A stretch of 64,000 nucleotides of DNA, taken from the NCBI GenBank assembly GCA_050294405.1, contig JBNKOC010000012.1:552091-616090 (forward strand). Direction: 5' to 3'. This DNA comes from Fibrobacteria bacterium (GTDB taxonomy: Bacteria; Fibrobacterota; Fibrobacteria; UBA11236; JADFYW01). Made by a program: the position numbers and the translations under genes. The notes beneath the pieces were generated by a model. That model was not told where the DNA came from, did not search any database, and saw only the letters and a list, made by a program, of their open reading frames with translations. Below, in pieces: positions 1 through 10,845 of this stretch (the first letter of the stretch is position 1; each line of letters begins with the position of its first letter).

Positions 1-935
1 GCCTGGAAAATTCCATTTCAGTTTCGGGAACCGCTCTTACAGACCAACATGTAAAACGCATTAGAAGTTTCGCCCAGCGGGTTTACCTTTGCCTGGATGG
101 CGATAATGCGGGCCAACGCGCGGCAGAAAAATCACTGCCCATGTTAATGTCGGCGGGTATCGAGGTTAAAATTCCCGATTTGCCCAGTGAACACGACCCC
201 GATTCTTATTGCCGCCAGTTCGGCGTGGAGGGTTTTAAAGAACTGCTGGAAAAGTCCAAAGGCCCGGTGGAATTTTTACTGCGCGAATATTTAAAAAAGC
301 CCGACTCCTTTAGTCCTGAGCAAAAGGATATGGTTTATAAACAGGCCACGGGGGTGATCTCGAACTCTCCTTCGGAAATCGTGCGCGCCGAATACCAACT
401 TCAAATTCGGAAATTATTAGGAATAAGCGCCAACCTGGAATCCAGGCCTCAAATTCAAAAAACTCAAACTCCTGTGAGCAAAAATTTTCCTGCGGCTAAT
501 TTGCAGAAAAGGGTGGCGGATAAGGTGAAGAGGGATATTGAATGGAAATTTTTACAGATTTTAATTTCCGAGCCCAAACTTTATCCCGAAATTTCGGATT
601 CCATTCATTTGGAATGGTTTCAAGACCAGTTTTTACAGGAATTGCTGGACAGGTTCTTTTTTTATCTCTCCAATCAGGAAAGTTATCATATCAAGGGGCT
701 TTTGGAAGTTCTGTTGGAAAACCAGAAATTGGCCGTAGAAAATATGGAAATTTTAGAAATTTCTAATTTTTCTACCACCTTGCAGGAAATAAAGGATATA
801 ATTTCAGAATTGGGAAGACGGTATTATCGTAGGTCTATGAGGGAAATCACCATTCAGATCCGTGAAAACAAAATGGACAAATCCGAAGGCCGTCAAGAGC
901 TATTACGTTTGCAAAAAGAAATGGAAAGCATTTAG
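1..935 (+). CDS. dnaG: DNA primase DnaG, C-terminal portion (5'-partial; the reading frame is open from position 3 and continues upstream of the window)
   Basis: Translating upstream of the ORF-track start at 141, in the same frame, gives ...VYLCLDGDNAGQRAAEKSLPML.... This is the TOPRIM DxD/DGDxAG motif of DnaG and there is no stop back to position 3. The gene sits immediately upstream of rpoD, the conserved dnaG-rpoD arrangement. Confidence 0.75.
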   Translation, partial: LENSISVSGTALTDQHVKRIRSFAQRVYLCLDGDNAGQRAAEKSLPMLMSAGIEVKIPDLPSEHDPDSYCRQFGVEGFKELLEKSKGPVEFLLREYLKKPDSFSPEQKDMVYKQATGVISNSPSEIVRAEYQLQIRKLLGISANLESRPQIQKTQTPVSKNFPAANLQKRVADKVKRDIEWKFLQILISEPKLYPEISDSIHLEWFQDQFLQELLDRFFFYLSNQESYHIKGLLEVLLENQKLAVENMEILEISNFSTTLQEIKDIISELGRRYYRRSMREITIQIRENKMDKSEGRQELLRLQKEMESI

Positions 936-1027
936 GCCTTTTCCATAAATTTTTGTGAACAAAATTGAACCATTGGGAATTCAATAATTTAGTTTATTGA
1001 CCCATTCACTTCTGAAGGATCTATTAC

Positions 1028-2545
1028 ATGAATGAGATAGATGCAAAAATAATCCGGCGTCTCCAAAAACAAAACAAGCTCCAGGGCTTTTTAGCTGAAA
1101 ATCAAATCCGGGAGTTGGCTAAATCCGAAGAACGCTTCCAGGAATTGAAGCAGTATTTTGAGGACAACGGCGTTCGCATCACTCAATTCAAAGTTAAAAC
1201 CAGAAAGACTCCCCAAAAATCAGATATAAAAAAGGTCAGTCGTTTTAACGATCCCACCTGGGTTTACTTAAACTCTGTGGGAAAAGTACCTCTGCTTTCC
1301 CGGGCCGAAGAAGTAAACATCGCCAAAAAAATCGAAGAAGTGCAAAAAAGAATTTGCGCCATCCTCTATTTGTCTCCGTCCATGATTGATGAAATTATCC
1401 ATTTGGGAAACCAGGTTTTGGATGAGGGTCTTAAAGTTGAAGAAATTATTCAAATTGATAACGAAGCCTGGACGGACTCCAAAGTTTATGAGTCTGAACA
1501 CAACCGCGCCGTTCGATTAATTAAGAAAATTAAAGATTTCCACCAAAGGCTCTCTGATTTAAAAGAACAGTTTAAGGCGTTAAAAGAAAAAAGCCACAAC
1601 GAAAACAACAAAGAGATTCAAAACATCGCTGTGGAAATAAAAACCATGGAAGATGAATTAGTGGAGTCGGGTATCAATTTAAAAATGAGCCATAAGCAAA
1701 TTGACCGCCTCATTGGAAAGTTCAAAACAGAACAAGGTGATGTTCCCTCTAACATTGAAAAAATCAAAAAGATTAAACAGTGGGAATATGTGAGGGAAAG
1801 AGCCAAAGAAGAACTTATTGAGGCCAATGTGCGCTTGGTGGTTTCCATAGCCAAACGCTATACATCAAAAGGTTTGGAGCTAATTGATTTGGTGCAGGAA
1901 GGCAACAGCGGCCTTATCCGGGCTGTGGAAAATTTCGATTATACCAAAGGCTATAAATTTTCCACTTACGCAACCTGGTGGATTAAGCAAAGCATCACCA
2001 GAGCTATAGCCGATAAAGCCAAAACCATTCGTATCCCTGCAAACATGCTGGACATAAGCCGCAAGGTGATGAAAACCTATAGGGAAATCCACCAAAGAAC
2101 AGGTAAACAACCCTCCGCAGAAGTAGTTGCAAAAAAAGTAGGCTGCTCAGTTAAAAAAGTGCAGTTGGCATTAGATGTTTCTCAGGACCCCATTTCCCTG
2201 GATGGATACATTACAGGGGATGAGTTTAATACCATTTCCGAATTTATTGAAGATAAATCTGTGGACAGGCCTTCCCAGGTGGCCAACATGCGCCGTCTCA
2301 GGGAACAAATTAATTCCGTGCTAAGCACTCTGGATTCCAAAGAAAAAGATATTGTGCGCATGCGCTTCGGATTGGACGATGGACAGGTGAAAACCTTGAA
2401 GGAAATTGGAGATCGTTTTAAAATTTCCCGAGAACGGGTTCGCCAAATCGAATCCAAGGCTTTGGCCAAACTCCAGCACCCCAGCCGTGTGAAGCAGCTT
2501 GAGGGTTGGAGCACAGATATGGAAGATGTTTATATAGGGTTTTAG
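1028..2545 (+). CDS. rpoD: RNA polymerase primary sigma factor (sigma-70 family, RpoD)
   Basis: Region 2 motif [47 protein letters not shown]. Regions 3-4 are present ([32 protein letters not shown]). It follows dnaG. Confidence 0.95.
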   Translation: MNEIDAKIIRRLQKQNKLQGFLAENQIRELAKSEERFQELKQYFEDNGVRITQFKVKTRKTPQKSDIKKVSRFNDPTWVYLNSVGKVPLLSRAEEVNIAKKIEEVQKRICAILYLSPSMIDEIIHLGNQVLDEGLKVEEIIQIDNEAWTDSKVYESEHNRAVRLIKKIKDFHQRLSDLKEQFKALKEKSHNENNKEIQNIAVEIKTMEDELVESGINLKMSHKQIDRLIGKFKTEQGDVPSNIEKIKKIKQWEYVRERAKEELIEANVRLVVSIAKRYTSKGLELIDLVQEGNSGLIRAVENFDYTKGYKFSTYATWWIKQSITRAIADKAKTIRIPANMLDISRKVMKTYREIHQRTGKQPSAEVVAKKVGCSVKKVQLALDVSQDPISLDGYITGDEFNTISEFIEDKSVDRPSQVANMRRLREQINSVLSTLDSKEKDIVRMRFGLDDGQVKTLKEIGDRFKISRERVRQIESKALAKLQHPSRVKQLEGWSTDMEDVYIGF

Positions 2546-2550
2546 AATGG

Positions 2551-3951
2551 ATGGGCGCTAAGGACTTTGCATATCATTTAAGATTTCAGCTGGCAAAGAC
2601 CTTAAAAGACTGGAATATCTTTCTAGACACCTGGAAAAAAAACCGTGGCGTAGGCAAAATTTTCAGGGATACAGATCCCTATCCAGATTCAGCAAGCTTA
2701 GGACTTCCCAGTTTATCTGTCCCCTGGAGCCAGTCCGCCTATGTTGCCGATTGGCTTAAAGCCAGAAAAAAATTAATACTCGCCCTTTCTCTCGGACTCC
2801 CTGGAATAGCTCTGCTGGTTTGGTTCGCCGGAAATCTTCCCAATGAAATTAGCTTAAGCGCCTTAACCCCAGCTCCCCAGGTGGAGATGCCAAGTCCCGA
2901 ACCTGTTAACAAGCCGGAACCAATGCAGGATAGCGCCACAGCAACATCAGAAAGCAAGCCGCCTGAAAAGACTGCGGAAATAAAAATTCCCAATAACATT
3001 CCGCTTTTAGTGGCCTCTAAAAAACGGGGTGAAATGTTTCTATACCAGTTTAAAAACAAAGAATGGAAACTGGTGAAAAGCTGGCCCATGTTATATGGAG
3101 CCAATGAGGGAAATAAGCAAGTGGAAGGCGATAAAAAGACACCGGAAGGGAATTACTGGATAACCCAAATTTATCCAGGTCCCAGGGTAGGGGAGTTATA
3201 TGGCTCACTCATTTTTACTTTGAATTTTCCCAATGAAAAAGATTTGGCCGCGGGTAAAACCGGAGATGGTATCTGGATTCATGGAAATCCCTTCGGCAAA
3301 CCCATGGAGAGAACCAAAGGCTGTTTGAAACTGTCCAATGCGGATATGTTGGATCTTTTTCCCCATGTTAATAGGGCAACGCCTGTGGTGGTTCTTTCCA
3401 ATACGGATTCACGCACTCATCCATCCGAATTTGATTTGGCCTGGGTACCCAAGGACTACCCGGAAAGATTAAAAATAAAGGCGGAGCCCTATAACGAAAA
3501 TTCAAAACTTTTAAGTTTGGAGGAGATTCGGATTATTGCCAAGCGATTTGTGGAAAGCGAAGAAAAGCTTTTTGCCTTTAGGGAGAAAAATACTTTGCCT
3601 CCCGAAGAAGTGGATAAAATCATGGCCCGAATTGAAAAGTGGAGATCCAGTTGGGCCTCCAAAGATATGGCTGGATATCAGGAAAATTTTCACCCGGAAT
3701 TTAAAGGCAAAAATGGTCGGAACCTCAAAGAGTTTGTGGAAAGAAAGAAAATCATTGTAAATAATTTGGATTCACTGAACGTGGAAGTGAGCAACATTCA
3801 GATTATTCCACAAAATGATTCCTTTTTTGTTGTGGAATTTGATCAAAGCTACCGGGCCTATCGCGGAGGAGAAATAACTTTAGCTGCGGATTCTCAAAAG
3901 GAGCTTATATTAAATAAAAAGGACAATAAGTGGTTAATAGCCAAAGAGTAA
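2551..3951 (+). CDS. L,D-transpeptidase family protein (YkuD domain) with N-terminal TM segment and a C-terminal extension
   Basis: Catalytic motif GDGIWIHGNPFGKPMERTKGCLKLSNADMLDLF (H...G-C). A hydrophobic segment LILALSLGLPGIALLVWFAG is present. The ORF-track start at 2506 is a TTG overlapping rpoD, and the ATG at 2551 is the more plausible start. Confidence 0.65.
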   Translation: MGAKDFAYHLRFQLAKTLKDWNIFLDTWKKNRGVGKIFRDTDPYPDSASLGLPSLSVPWSQSAYVADWLKARKKLILALSLGLPGIALLVWFAGNLPNEISLSALTPAPQVEMPSPEPVNKPEPMQDSATATSESKPPEKTAEIKIPNNIPLLVASKKRGEMFLYQFKNKEWKLVKSWPMLYGANEGNKQVEGDKKTPEGNYWITQIYPGPRVGELYGSLIFTLNFPNEKDLAAGKTGDGIWIHGNPFGKPMERTKGCLKLSNADMLDLFPHVNRATPVVVLSNTDSRTHPSEFDLAWVPKDYPERLKIKAEPYNENSKLLSLEEIRIIAKRFVESEEKLFAFREKNTLPPEEVDKIMARIEKWRSSWASKDMAGYQENFHPEFKGKNGRNLKEFVERKKIIVNNLDSLNVEVSNIQIIPQNDSFFVVEFDQSYRAYRGGEITLAADSQKELILNKKDNKWLIAKE

Positions 3952-3987
3952 TTTTGGGGTTTTAATTTTTTTGATTTTGGAGTAAAA

Positions 3988-6177
3988 ATGGCACAGGAAC
4001 CAGAAGAAATAAAAAATCAATTAATTGCGGCTTCTGATGAGGAGCTTGCACCTTTGGCTCAAAAGGTTTTTGAGATGGTTCAGGCCAAGATGAAAACCGG
4101 CTCCTCTTCAAATTCTCCAGCGGAAAATTTATCAGCCTTTGAAGAAAAATTATCCAACTTGAGTTTAAACCTGGAGCAGCTAAGTGTCCAGGTTGGGGAT
4201 TATGAAAGCTCTCGCGCCAACTACGACCTGCTCAAAAAAAACCTGGACATGTTGGTGAAGAGAAAATCCGAGGTGGAAAAAAGAATCCATGCCTTAAGTA
4301 AACAAAGCCATTTGGTGGAAAGGGCTCACATTGAGGCTGGTCGTTTATCCTCCATTTTTTGGACAATGGAAACGCAAATCAAGGAATTAAAAAAGCGCCA
4401 TAAAGAAGTTAGCAAGTTGGACAAAGCCCTGGAGCAATTAGACGATAAATACCAGAATACCCATAAGTCCATTGAGAAGATAAATCAGTTTCAATCTCTT
4501 GTGAAAAAAAGCAGTGATAACATCGAGGAGATGGAAAAACTCAGCCGGGATTTGTCCAAAAAGCTCACGGACTTCAACGATTTTAACAGCATGGTGGATT
4601 CTGTCTCCCGCAAGGTGGATGAGGTCCATGCGGTGGCTGAGGCAAATGAAAATCAATTGCAAACTTTTTTAAAGCAAAGCAAGGGGCTTGCCTCCACCCG
4701 GGAAGCCATTGAATCTTACAACAATTTGCTTTTAAATGTCAGAACCAAAATCACCGAGGTTAAAGAAGACGAATATAAAATCGACGACCTCCATAGAAAA
4801 TTAGAGGGTTTAAACACTCAATTTGAAAAATTAAAAGGGAATCTCAATGATGCGGAATCCCAGCAAAAAGAATTTTCTGAATTGGAAGGAAAAATTAAAG
4901 GCCAAAATCTAAGCATTATTAAAATGGAAGAAAGGCTGGGGGCCATACAAGATATGGGGAATACCCTGGACGATTTGCAAAAGCGAGCGGAAACCTTAAA
5001 AGAAAAATCCGATGATATTACTGGCAAGATGTGGTTACTTACCCGTAAAGAAAATGAACTAAATAAAATGTCCAGTAAAATGGAACAAACCACCAAACAA
5101 GTCCACAACACTCTTTCCAAAATTGATGAAATTTCCCACAAAGGGCATAAAGTAAATGAACTGGAAAAACGCATAGATGAGCTGGAAAAATTATCACAGG
5201 ATGTTAATGGAAAAATTGTAAGCCAGTTGGAACGCCAGGCGGAACTGGAACAGTTTGAACGCAAATTAAGAGAACTTAACAGTTTAAGCGAGCAAGTTTC
5301 TCTCAAAATGGAAACCCTGAGCAAGCAGGAACAAAGGGTCGAAGAGTTGGAAAGCAACATATCTAACATGGAGGAACTGGAGGAAAGAGTCAAACAAGTT
5401 ACAGAGCAACTGGATTCCAGCCGGGAAAAAATTCTGGAAAAAGAAGATCAGGCCAAAGAAATCCATGTGGAAATGGAAAAGATCAATTCCGAGATGCACC
5501 AACAAATCGAACGTCTGCAGGAAGAACGGCAGGAGTTTAACGCCGAAATGGATAGACGCAGCACGGCTATCAGGGCTATGGATGCCGAGCTCAAAAATTC
5601 AATGGCTCAATTAAAAGACGACCAGGAAATGGTAAACCAAACGGAATCACGCTTGAGGGAAGCTGCAGCTTCCAGAGTGGATTTTGAAGAAGCCATGAAA
5701 TCCATGGAAGAAAAATCAAGGATTATTGAATCTGTGCAAAATAAACTCAAGGATGTGAGCGAAACCAAATCCACCATTGAAAAAGAAATGGAAACTCTGC
5801 AAAAAGACTTGTACGCCCTTAAAGATGTGGAATACAGCATTGATAAATTAAAGAATCTGAAGGAAAGCCTGGTTAAGGAAGTGGAGGCTGTAAATTCAGA
5901 AAGAAAATTTATTCGGGAAGTGCAGCAATCTGTACAGGGTATTAATCATTCCATGGAGCTTCTAGAAGCTAAAATGAAGTCCCTTGCCTTGGAAAGAAAA
6001 TATGTTAAAGATGCTGAAGCCCAAATCGAAAACTTCCACGCTTTGGTAAGTGATTTACAGTCAGAAATTGAATATATAAAAGGCGAAAAAGAAAGCATCC
6101 AGTCCTTAAGCGAAAAAATCGCGGAGCTTCAGTATTTGCTGAGCGAAGCGGACGCCAAAATAGACAGGCTCAAGTAG
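3988..6177 (+). CDS. Long coiled-coil protein (729 aa, E/K/L/Q-rich heptad-like sequence), function unknown
   Basis: Uninterrupted 2.2-kb ORF. The composition is dominated by E, K, L and Q with periodic hydrophobics (e.g. ...LEKRIDELEKLSQDVNGKIVSQLERQAELEQFERKLRELNSLSEQ...). There is no TM segment and no enzymatic motif. Confidence 0.5.
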   Translation: MAQEPEEIKNQLIAASDEELAPLAQKVFEMVQAKMKTGSSSNSPAENLSAFEEKLSNLSLNLEQLSVQVGDYESSRANYDLLKKNLDMLVKRKSEVEKRIHALSKQSHLVERAHIEAGRLSSIFWTMETQIKELKKRHKEVSKLDKALEQLDDKYQNTHKSIEKINQFQSLVKKSSDNIEEMEKLSRDLSKKLTDFNDFNSMVDSVSRKVDEVHAVAEANENQLQTFLKQSKGLASTREAIESYNNLLLNVRTKITEVKEDEYKIDDLHRKLEGLNTQFEKLKGNLNDAESQQKEFSELEGKIKGQNLSIIKMEERLGAIQDMGNTLDDLQKRAETLKEKSDDITGKMWLLTRKENELNKMSSKMEQTTKQVHNTLSKIDEISHKGHKVNELEKRIDELEKLSQDVNGKIVSQLERQAELEQFERKLRELNSLSEQVSLKMETLSKQEQRVEELESNISNMEELEERVKQVTEQLDSSREKILEKEDQAKEIHVEMEKINSEMHQQIERLQEERQEFNAEMDRRSTAIRAMDAELKNSMAQLKDDQEMVNQTESRLREAAASRVDFEEAMKSMEEKSRIIESVQNKLKDVSETKSTIEKEMETLQKDLYALKDVEYSIDKLKNLKESLVKEVEAVNSERKFIREVQQSVQGINHSMELLEAKMKSLALERKYVKDAEAQIENFHALVSDLQSEIEYIKGEKESIQSLSEKIAELQYLLSEADAKIDRLK

Positions 6178-6193
6178 TAAAAATCTAAAGAGA

Positions 6194-6237
6194 GTTCTAA
6201 AACTTGAAAATCGCAGCTTTTAGGCAAGTTTTAGAGC
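6194..6237 (+). other. Strong stem-loop (12/13-bp stem GTTCTAAAACTTG / CAAGTTTTAGAGC, 18-nt loop) in the intergenic region between the coiled-coil gene and rel; no U-tract follows
   Basis: Inverted repeat read directly from the sequence at 6194-6206 and 6225-6237. Confidence 0.4.
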
Positions 6238-6323
6238 TGCCATTATGATAAAAAACAGAGGCCGATTACCTGTACCCCTCCTTATAAATGTATAATGATC
6301 ATATAGGAGAAAGATAGGGTCAA

Positions 6324-8510
6324 ATGTCTACTTCAATGTACCCCAAGCAGGATGTATTAAGCCATATTGATAGGGCTAAGGTAAACCTTTTGGTTTACAT
6401 AGAATCCAAAGTCCCAGATATTGATAGGGAGCAAATTGGCCATGCGGTGGAATACACTATCCTGGCCCATAAAAACCAGTATCGCCGCTCCGGGCTTCCT
6501 TATGTGGACCACCCCTTTGAAGTGGCTAAATTATTGGCGGACTTTAACATGGACAGCACTACTATTATAGCAGGGCTGCTCCACGATGTGGTGGAAGACA
6601 CCAAAATACCCAGTTCTGAAATTGAAAAGGAATTTGGCAGCCAGGTATCTTTTTTGGTGGATGCTGTAACTAAAATATCCGCCATTCAGGCGAAGTCCCG
6701 CATTGAACAGCAAGCGGAAACCTTCCGCAAAATGTTGCTGTCCGTTGCCAAGGACTTCAGGGTTATCATGATAAAATTTGCAGATAGATTGCATAACATG
6801 CGCACCCTTGGATACATGAAAGATGAAAAGAAAAAGGCCATTGCCGCCGAGACCCTGGAAGTGTACGCGCCCCTGGCCCATCGCTTTGGCTTAGCCCGTA
6901 TCAAGTGGGAGCTGGAAGATTTATCCTTTAAACACCTGAACCCGGATGCTTATAAAAATCTGGTGCAAAAAATTGTGGAAAAAAGGGCCGAACGGGAAGG
7001 CTACATTAGAAGTTTAATTAAACCCGTCCAGCAGGCCTTGGAAGAACACGGAACCAAAGCCAGAGTGTATGGCAGGCCCAAGCATTTTTACAGCATTTGG
7101 AAAAAAATGCAAACCAGAAAATGCGCCTTTGAGGATGTATATGATTTGTTAGCATTACGGGTAATTGTGGACACTATTCCCCAATGTTACGAAGTACTTG
7201 GAATAGTTCATTCCCTATGGTCTCCTTTGCAGACCCGCTTTAAGGATTTTATCGCCACGCCTAAATCCAATATGTATCAATCGTTGCATACCACATTAGT
7301 GGGCCCCAAGGGAAAACCGGTGGAAATTCAAATCCGCACCGAAGATATGAACCGCACGGCTGAACATGGAATTGCGGCTCACTGGGCCTATAAAGAGAAA
7401 AAAGCCCCCAGAAAAGTGGAGCGGGAAAACCGCTGGCTCAACCAGTTTATGGATTGGCAGAAAGATTTAAAAGACTCTGCGGAATTTATGGAGTTTTTCC
7501 GAATTGATTTAAAATCTGATGAAATTTTTGTTTTTACTCCTAAAGGCGATCTAAAACAGCTCCCCAAGGGTTCCACGGCCCTGGATTATGCCTTTGAGGT
7601 ACATACCGAAGTGGGAATCCACTGTATTGGGGCCAAGGTGGACGGGAAAGTGGTTCCCCTGGACAAAGTTTTGAAAACTGGCTCAACTGTGGAAATTTTA
7701 AAATCCATGGCCCAGACCCCTTCAAGGGATTGGCTTCGAATTGTGACCACCTCTAAAGCAAAAAGTTCTATTCGCAGGTGGCTTAAAAAAGAAGAACAGG
7801 AAGAAAGCATCCAGTTGGGCAAAGAGCTGTTAAAGCGAGAATGGCAAAGCATGAAAATCTCCGAAAAACTGGAGGATTGCTTTACCAGGTTTAAAACCAA
7901 ATATTTAGTGGACAGTTGGGATTCCCTGTATCAGCGTATAGGAAATGGAGACATTAGCCTGGGTTCCCTGGAGGGGTTTTTACAACAGCATTTTGAACTT
8001 CCCAGCAAAAGCGTTTTTGATAAGGTTCGCATTAAAAAAAGCCAGCCCAAAATGGAGGCCGTATTGGTATCCGGGCTCGATCATATGCTCTTTAAATTTG
8101 CCAGTTGTTGCCAACCACTTCCCGGCGACGATATTTTAGGGTATATCACAAAAGGAAAAGGGGTTTCTATCCACAGGGCTAATTGCCCGGAAGGCATAAA
8201 GCTCTGCAAAGACCAGGAACGCACGGTTCCCGTACAGTGGAAATCCGAAGAACTCTCTCCCCAAAGTGTTTTTATTGAAGTGCACGCCAAAGACAAGCCT
8301 GGTCTCCTATATAATATTACAGATGTTTTTAAATCCTGCGATATTGATGTGGAAAGAGCCTCCATTATCACCGTCAAAAACAAAGTGCGGAACCGCTTTA
8401 AAATCAGGGTGAGTTCAGCCTTTCAGCTTTCCAAGGCGTTTAATGAATTGCGGAAAATCAAGGAAGTGCAGTCGGTTTTCAGAAAATCCACCTCCAATAT
8501 GGATTTTTAG
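6324..8510 (+). CDS. rel: Bifunctional (p)ppGpp synthetase/hydrolase, RelA/SpoT family (HD, synthetase, TGS and ACT domains)
   Basis: HD hydrolase motif HRRSGLPYVDHPFEVAKLLADFNMDSTTIIAGLLHDVVEDT. RelA/SpoT synthetase region (...YDLLALRVIV...SLHTTLVGPKGKPVEIQIRT). TGS-like and C-terminal ACT-like regions are present. Confidence 0.9.
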   Translation: MSTSMYPKQDVLSHIDRAKVNLLVYIESKVPDIDREQIGHAVEYTILAHKNQYRRSGLPYVDHPFEVAKLLADFNMDSTTIIAGLLHDVVEDTKIPSSEIEKEFGSQVSFLVDAVTKISAIQAKSRIEQQAETFRKMLLSVAKDFRVIMIKFADRLHNMRTLGYMKDEKKKAIAAETLEVYAPLAHRFGLARIKWELEDLSFKHLNPDAYKNLVQKIVEKRAEREGYIRSLIKPVQQALEEHGTKARVYGRPKHFYSIWKKMQTRKCAFEDVYDLLALRVIVDTIPQCYEVLGIVHSLWSPLQTRFKDFIATPKSNMYQSLHTTLVGPKGKPVEIQIRTEDMNRTAEHGIAAHWAYKEKKAPRKVERENRWLNQFMDWQKDLKDSAEFMEFFRIDLKSDEIFVFTPKGDLKQLPKGSTALDYAFEVHTEVGIHCIGAKVDGKVVPLDKVLKTGSTVEILKSMAQTPSRDWLRIVTTSKAKSSIRRWLKKEEQEESIQLGKELLKREWQSMKISEKLEDCFTRFKTKYLVDSWDSLYQRIGNGDISLGSLEGFLQQHFELPSKSVFDKVRIKKSQPKMEAVLVSGLDHMLFKFASCCQPLPGDDILGYITKGKGVSIHRANCPEGIKLCKDQERTVPVQWKSEELSPQSVFIEVHAKDKPGLLYNITDVFKSCDIDVERASIITVKNKVRNRFKIRVSSAFQLSKAFNELRKIKEVQSVFRKSTSNMDF

Positions 8511-8669
8511 AAAATGGGGTTTCCTTATTTTTGCCCAATAACCTTTGCCATTTTAAACTAAGTCTCCAGCTCCATTTGGCTTCAAATTGAGCCCACTTGA
8601 ATTAGCTCTTTCAAATTATTACGTTTGGCCCGATTTTGACAGGAATTTAACCTTAATTTTGAGCTAAAA

Positions 8670-10745
8670 ATGAGACCTTTAGAAAACTTGAGAAATATCG
8701 GTATCAGTGCCCATATCGATTCCGGTAAAACAACTCTTACCGAACGTATCCTATTTTACACAGGCATCATCCATGCCATTCACGAAGTGCGTGGTAAAGA
8801 TGGAGTGGGCGCCACCATGGACCATATGGAACTGGAAAGAGAACGTGGAATTACCATTACCTCCGCGGCCACACATTGCCAATGGAAAGACACTAAAATT
8901 AACATCATTGATACCCCGGGGCACGTTGATTTTACAATTGAGGTAGAAAGGTCTCTACGTGTGCTTGATGGCGCAATTCTTGTTCTTTGCGGTGCTTCTG
9001 GAGTTCAATCCCAGTCCTACACTGTAGACAGGCAAATGAAACGTTATAATGTGCCCAGAGTTGCCTTTGTTAATAAATGCGACCGCTCTGGCGCCAATCC
9101 TTTTAAAGTATGCGAACAGCTTCGCACTAAATTGGGCCACAACTCTGTAATGGTTCAAATACCTATTGGTTTAGAAGATAAGCACAAAGGTTTAGTGGAT
9201 TTGATTACCATGCGCGCCCATATTTTCACTGGCGATAACGGAGAAAATATTTCCGATGAAGATATTCCTGCAGATTTGAAAGATCAGGCAGAAGAATACA
9301 GAGCGAAAATGTTAGATGTTATTTCTGAATATTCAGATGAATTAACAGAACTTATTCTGGAAGAAAAAGAAATTCCCGTGGAGTTGATTTACGATACCAT
9401 CCGTAAAGCAACTATTGATTTAAGTTTAACTCCCGTATTTTGTGGCAGTGCTTATAAAAACGTAGGCGTTCAAAAATTACTGGACGGTGTTACCGCCTTT
9501 TTGCCTAACCCTTATGATGTTAAAAACAGAGCTTTGGATTTAAACGATTCTGAAAAAGAAATCGTATTGGAACCCGATGAAAATAAACCTCTTGTTTCTT
9601 ATATCTTTAAGCTGGAAGATGGCCGTTTTGGTCAGTTGAGCTATATGCGCATTTACCAGGGTAAAATTGTAAAAGGAACTCCTATTTACAATATGACCAC
9701 CAAGAAAAAACATTCTGTGGGCCGTTTGGTGCGTATGCACTCAAATGACATGCAAGACATCACCGAAGCAGGAGCTGGTGATATTGTAGCTTTGTTTGGC
9801 ATTGATTGCGCTTCCGGTACAACTTTTACCGATGGAAAAATGGAAGTAGCTATGACTTCCATGCATGTTCCTGAACCTGTAATTGACTTGGTAATTGAAG
9901 CCACCAACCGCGATCAGTTGGCTAACCTTTCTAAGGGAATCAACCGTTTCCTTAAGGAAGACCCTACTTTTAAAGTAAAATACGACGAAGAAAGCGGACA
10001 AACCATTATTTCCGGTATGGGTGAACTGCACCTTGATGTATACATCGAAAGATTAAAACGCGAATACGGTGTTAACTTAACTACTGGTCGTCCTCAGGTT
10101 GCCTATCGTGAAACCATTACAGCCCATGCGGACTTTAATTACACTCACAAAAAGCAAACTGGTGGTGCCGGTCAATTTGCCCGCGTTGGCGGATTCATTG
10201 AACCCACCGATAACGATGAACATTATGAATTTTTGGACAAAATTGTGGGCGGTGTTATTCCTAAAGAATTTGTGCCCAGTTGCGATAAAGGATTTAAAGC
10301 TGCAATGGATGCTGGCGATTTAATTGGCTTTCCCATTACAGGCGTGCGTTGTTGCATCAATGACGGCGCCACTCACCCAGTGGACTCCAGTGACATGGCT
10401 TTCCAGGTCGCATCTCGTTCGGCTTTCCGTGAAAGTTATAAAAAAGCAGGGCCAGTTATCCTTGAACCTTTGATGAAAGTGGTGGTGGAAGCCCCTGCCG
10501 AATTCCAGGGTACGGTTCTTGGCAACTTAAACCAACGTCGTGGAATGATTTTAGGTTCCAGCGAAGAAGATGGTTTCTGTAAAATTGATGCAGAAGTTCC
10601 ACTTTCTGAAATGTTTGGTTATGCGACTGACCTTCGCTCCTTAACTCAAGGAAAGGCCGAGTTTACCATGGAATTTTCCAAATACGCTCAAGTGCCCAAA
10701 AGCATTAGCGACGAATTGGTGAAAAAATACGGTAACAGCAGATAA
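8670..10745 (+). CDS. fusA: Elongation factor G (translational GTPase), encoded outside an str-operon context
   Basis: G-domain [24 protein letters not shown]...DTPGHVDF. Domains II-V are present (691 aa). Neither rpsL/rpsG nor tuf is adjacent. Confidence 0.9.
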   Translation: MRPLENLRNIGISAHIDSGKTTLTERILFYTGIIHAIHEVRGKDGVGATMDHMELERERGITITSAATHCQWKDTKINIIDTPGHVDFTIEVERSLRVLDGAILVLCGASGVQSQSYTVDRQMKRYNVPRVAFVNKCDRSGANPFKVCEQLRTKLGHNSVMVQIPIGLEDKHKGLVDLITMRAHIFTGDNGENISDEDIPADLKDQAEEYRAKMLDVISEYSDELTELILEEKEIPVELIYDTIRKATIDLSLTPVFCGSAYKNVGVQKLLDGVTAFLPNPYDVKNRALDLNDSEKEIVLEPDENKPLVSYIFKLEDGRFGQLSYMRIYQGKIVKGTPIYNMTTKKKHSVGRLVRMHSNDMQDITEAGAGDIVALFGIDCASGTTFTDGKMEVAMTSMHVPEPVIDLVIEATNRDQLANLSKGINRFLKEDPTFKVKYDEESGQTIISGMGELHLDVYIERLKREYGVNLTTGRPQVAYRETITAHADFNYTHKKQTGGAGQFARVGGFIEPTDNDEHYEFLDKIVGGVIPKEFVPSCDKGFKAAMDAGDLIGFPITGVRCCINDGATHPVDSSDMAFQVASRSAFRESYKKAGPVILEPLMKVVVEAPAEFQGTVLGNLNQRRGMILGSSEEDGFCKIDAEVPLSEMFGYATDLRSLTQGKAEFTMEFSKYAQVPKSISDELVKKYGNSR

Positions 10746-10769
10746 CTGTTTGCAAAACTTGATTTAATG

Positions 10770-10800
10770 GCCATCTGGTTTTTCCGGGTGGCTTTTTTTA
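10770..10800 (+). terminator. Putative rho-independent terminator after fusA (GGCCATCTGG-ttttt-CCGGGTGGC stem with G.U pairs, then T-run)
   Basis: Hairpin followed by TTTTTTTA, read directly from the sequence. Confidence 0.45.
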
Positions 10801-10845
10801 TGTGCTGGTTTCCCGGGCAAGTTTTTATCTTCCTTTAAGAAAATT

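Noticed and set aside
542-766. Many embedded or antisense ORFs in the track (e.g. 542..766, 1268..1501, 4818..5393, 15297..16040, 35506..35781, 43673..44128, 50903..51403)
   Set aside because: They lie wholly inside strongly supported genes on the same or opposite strand, lack motifs, and have the compositional look of shadow ORFs.
141-935. ORF-track start of the first gene at Met141
   Set aside because: The frame is open upstream to position 3 and encodes the DnaG TOPRIM motif, so the gene is 5'-partial rather than starting at 141.
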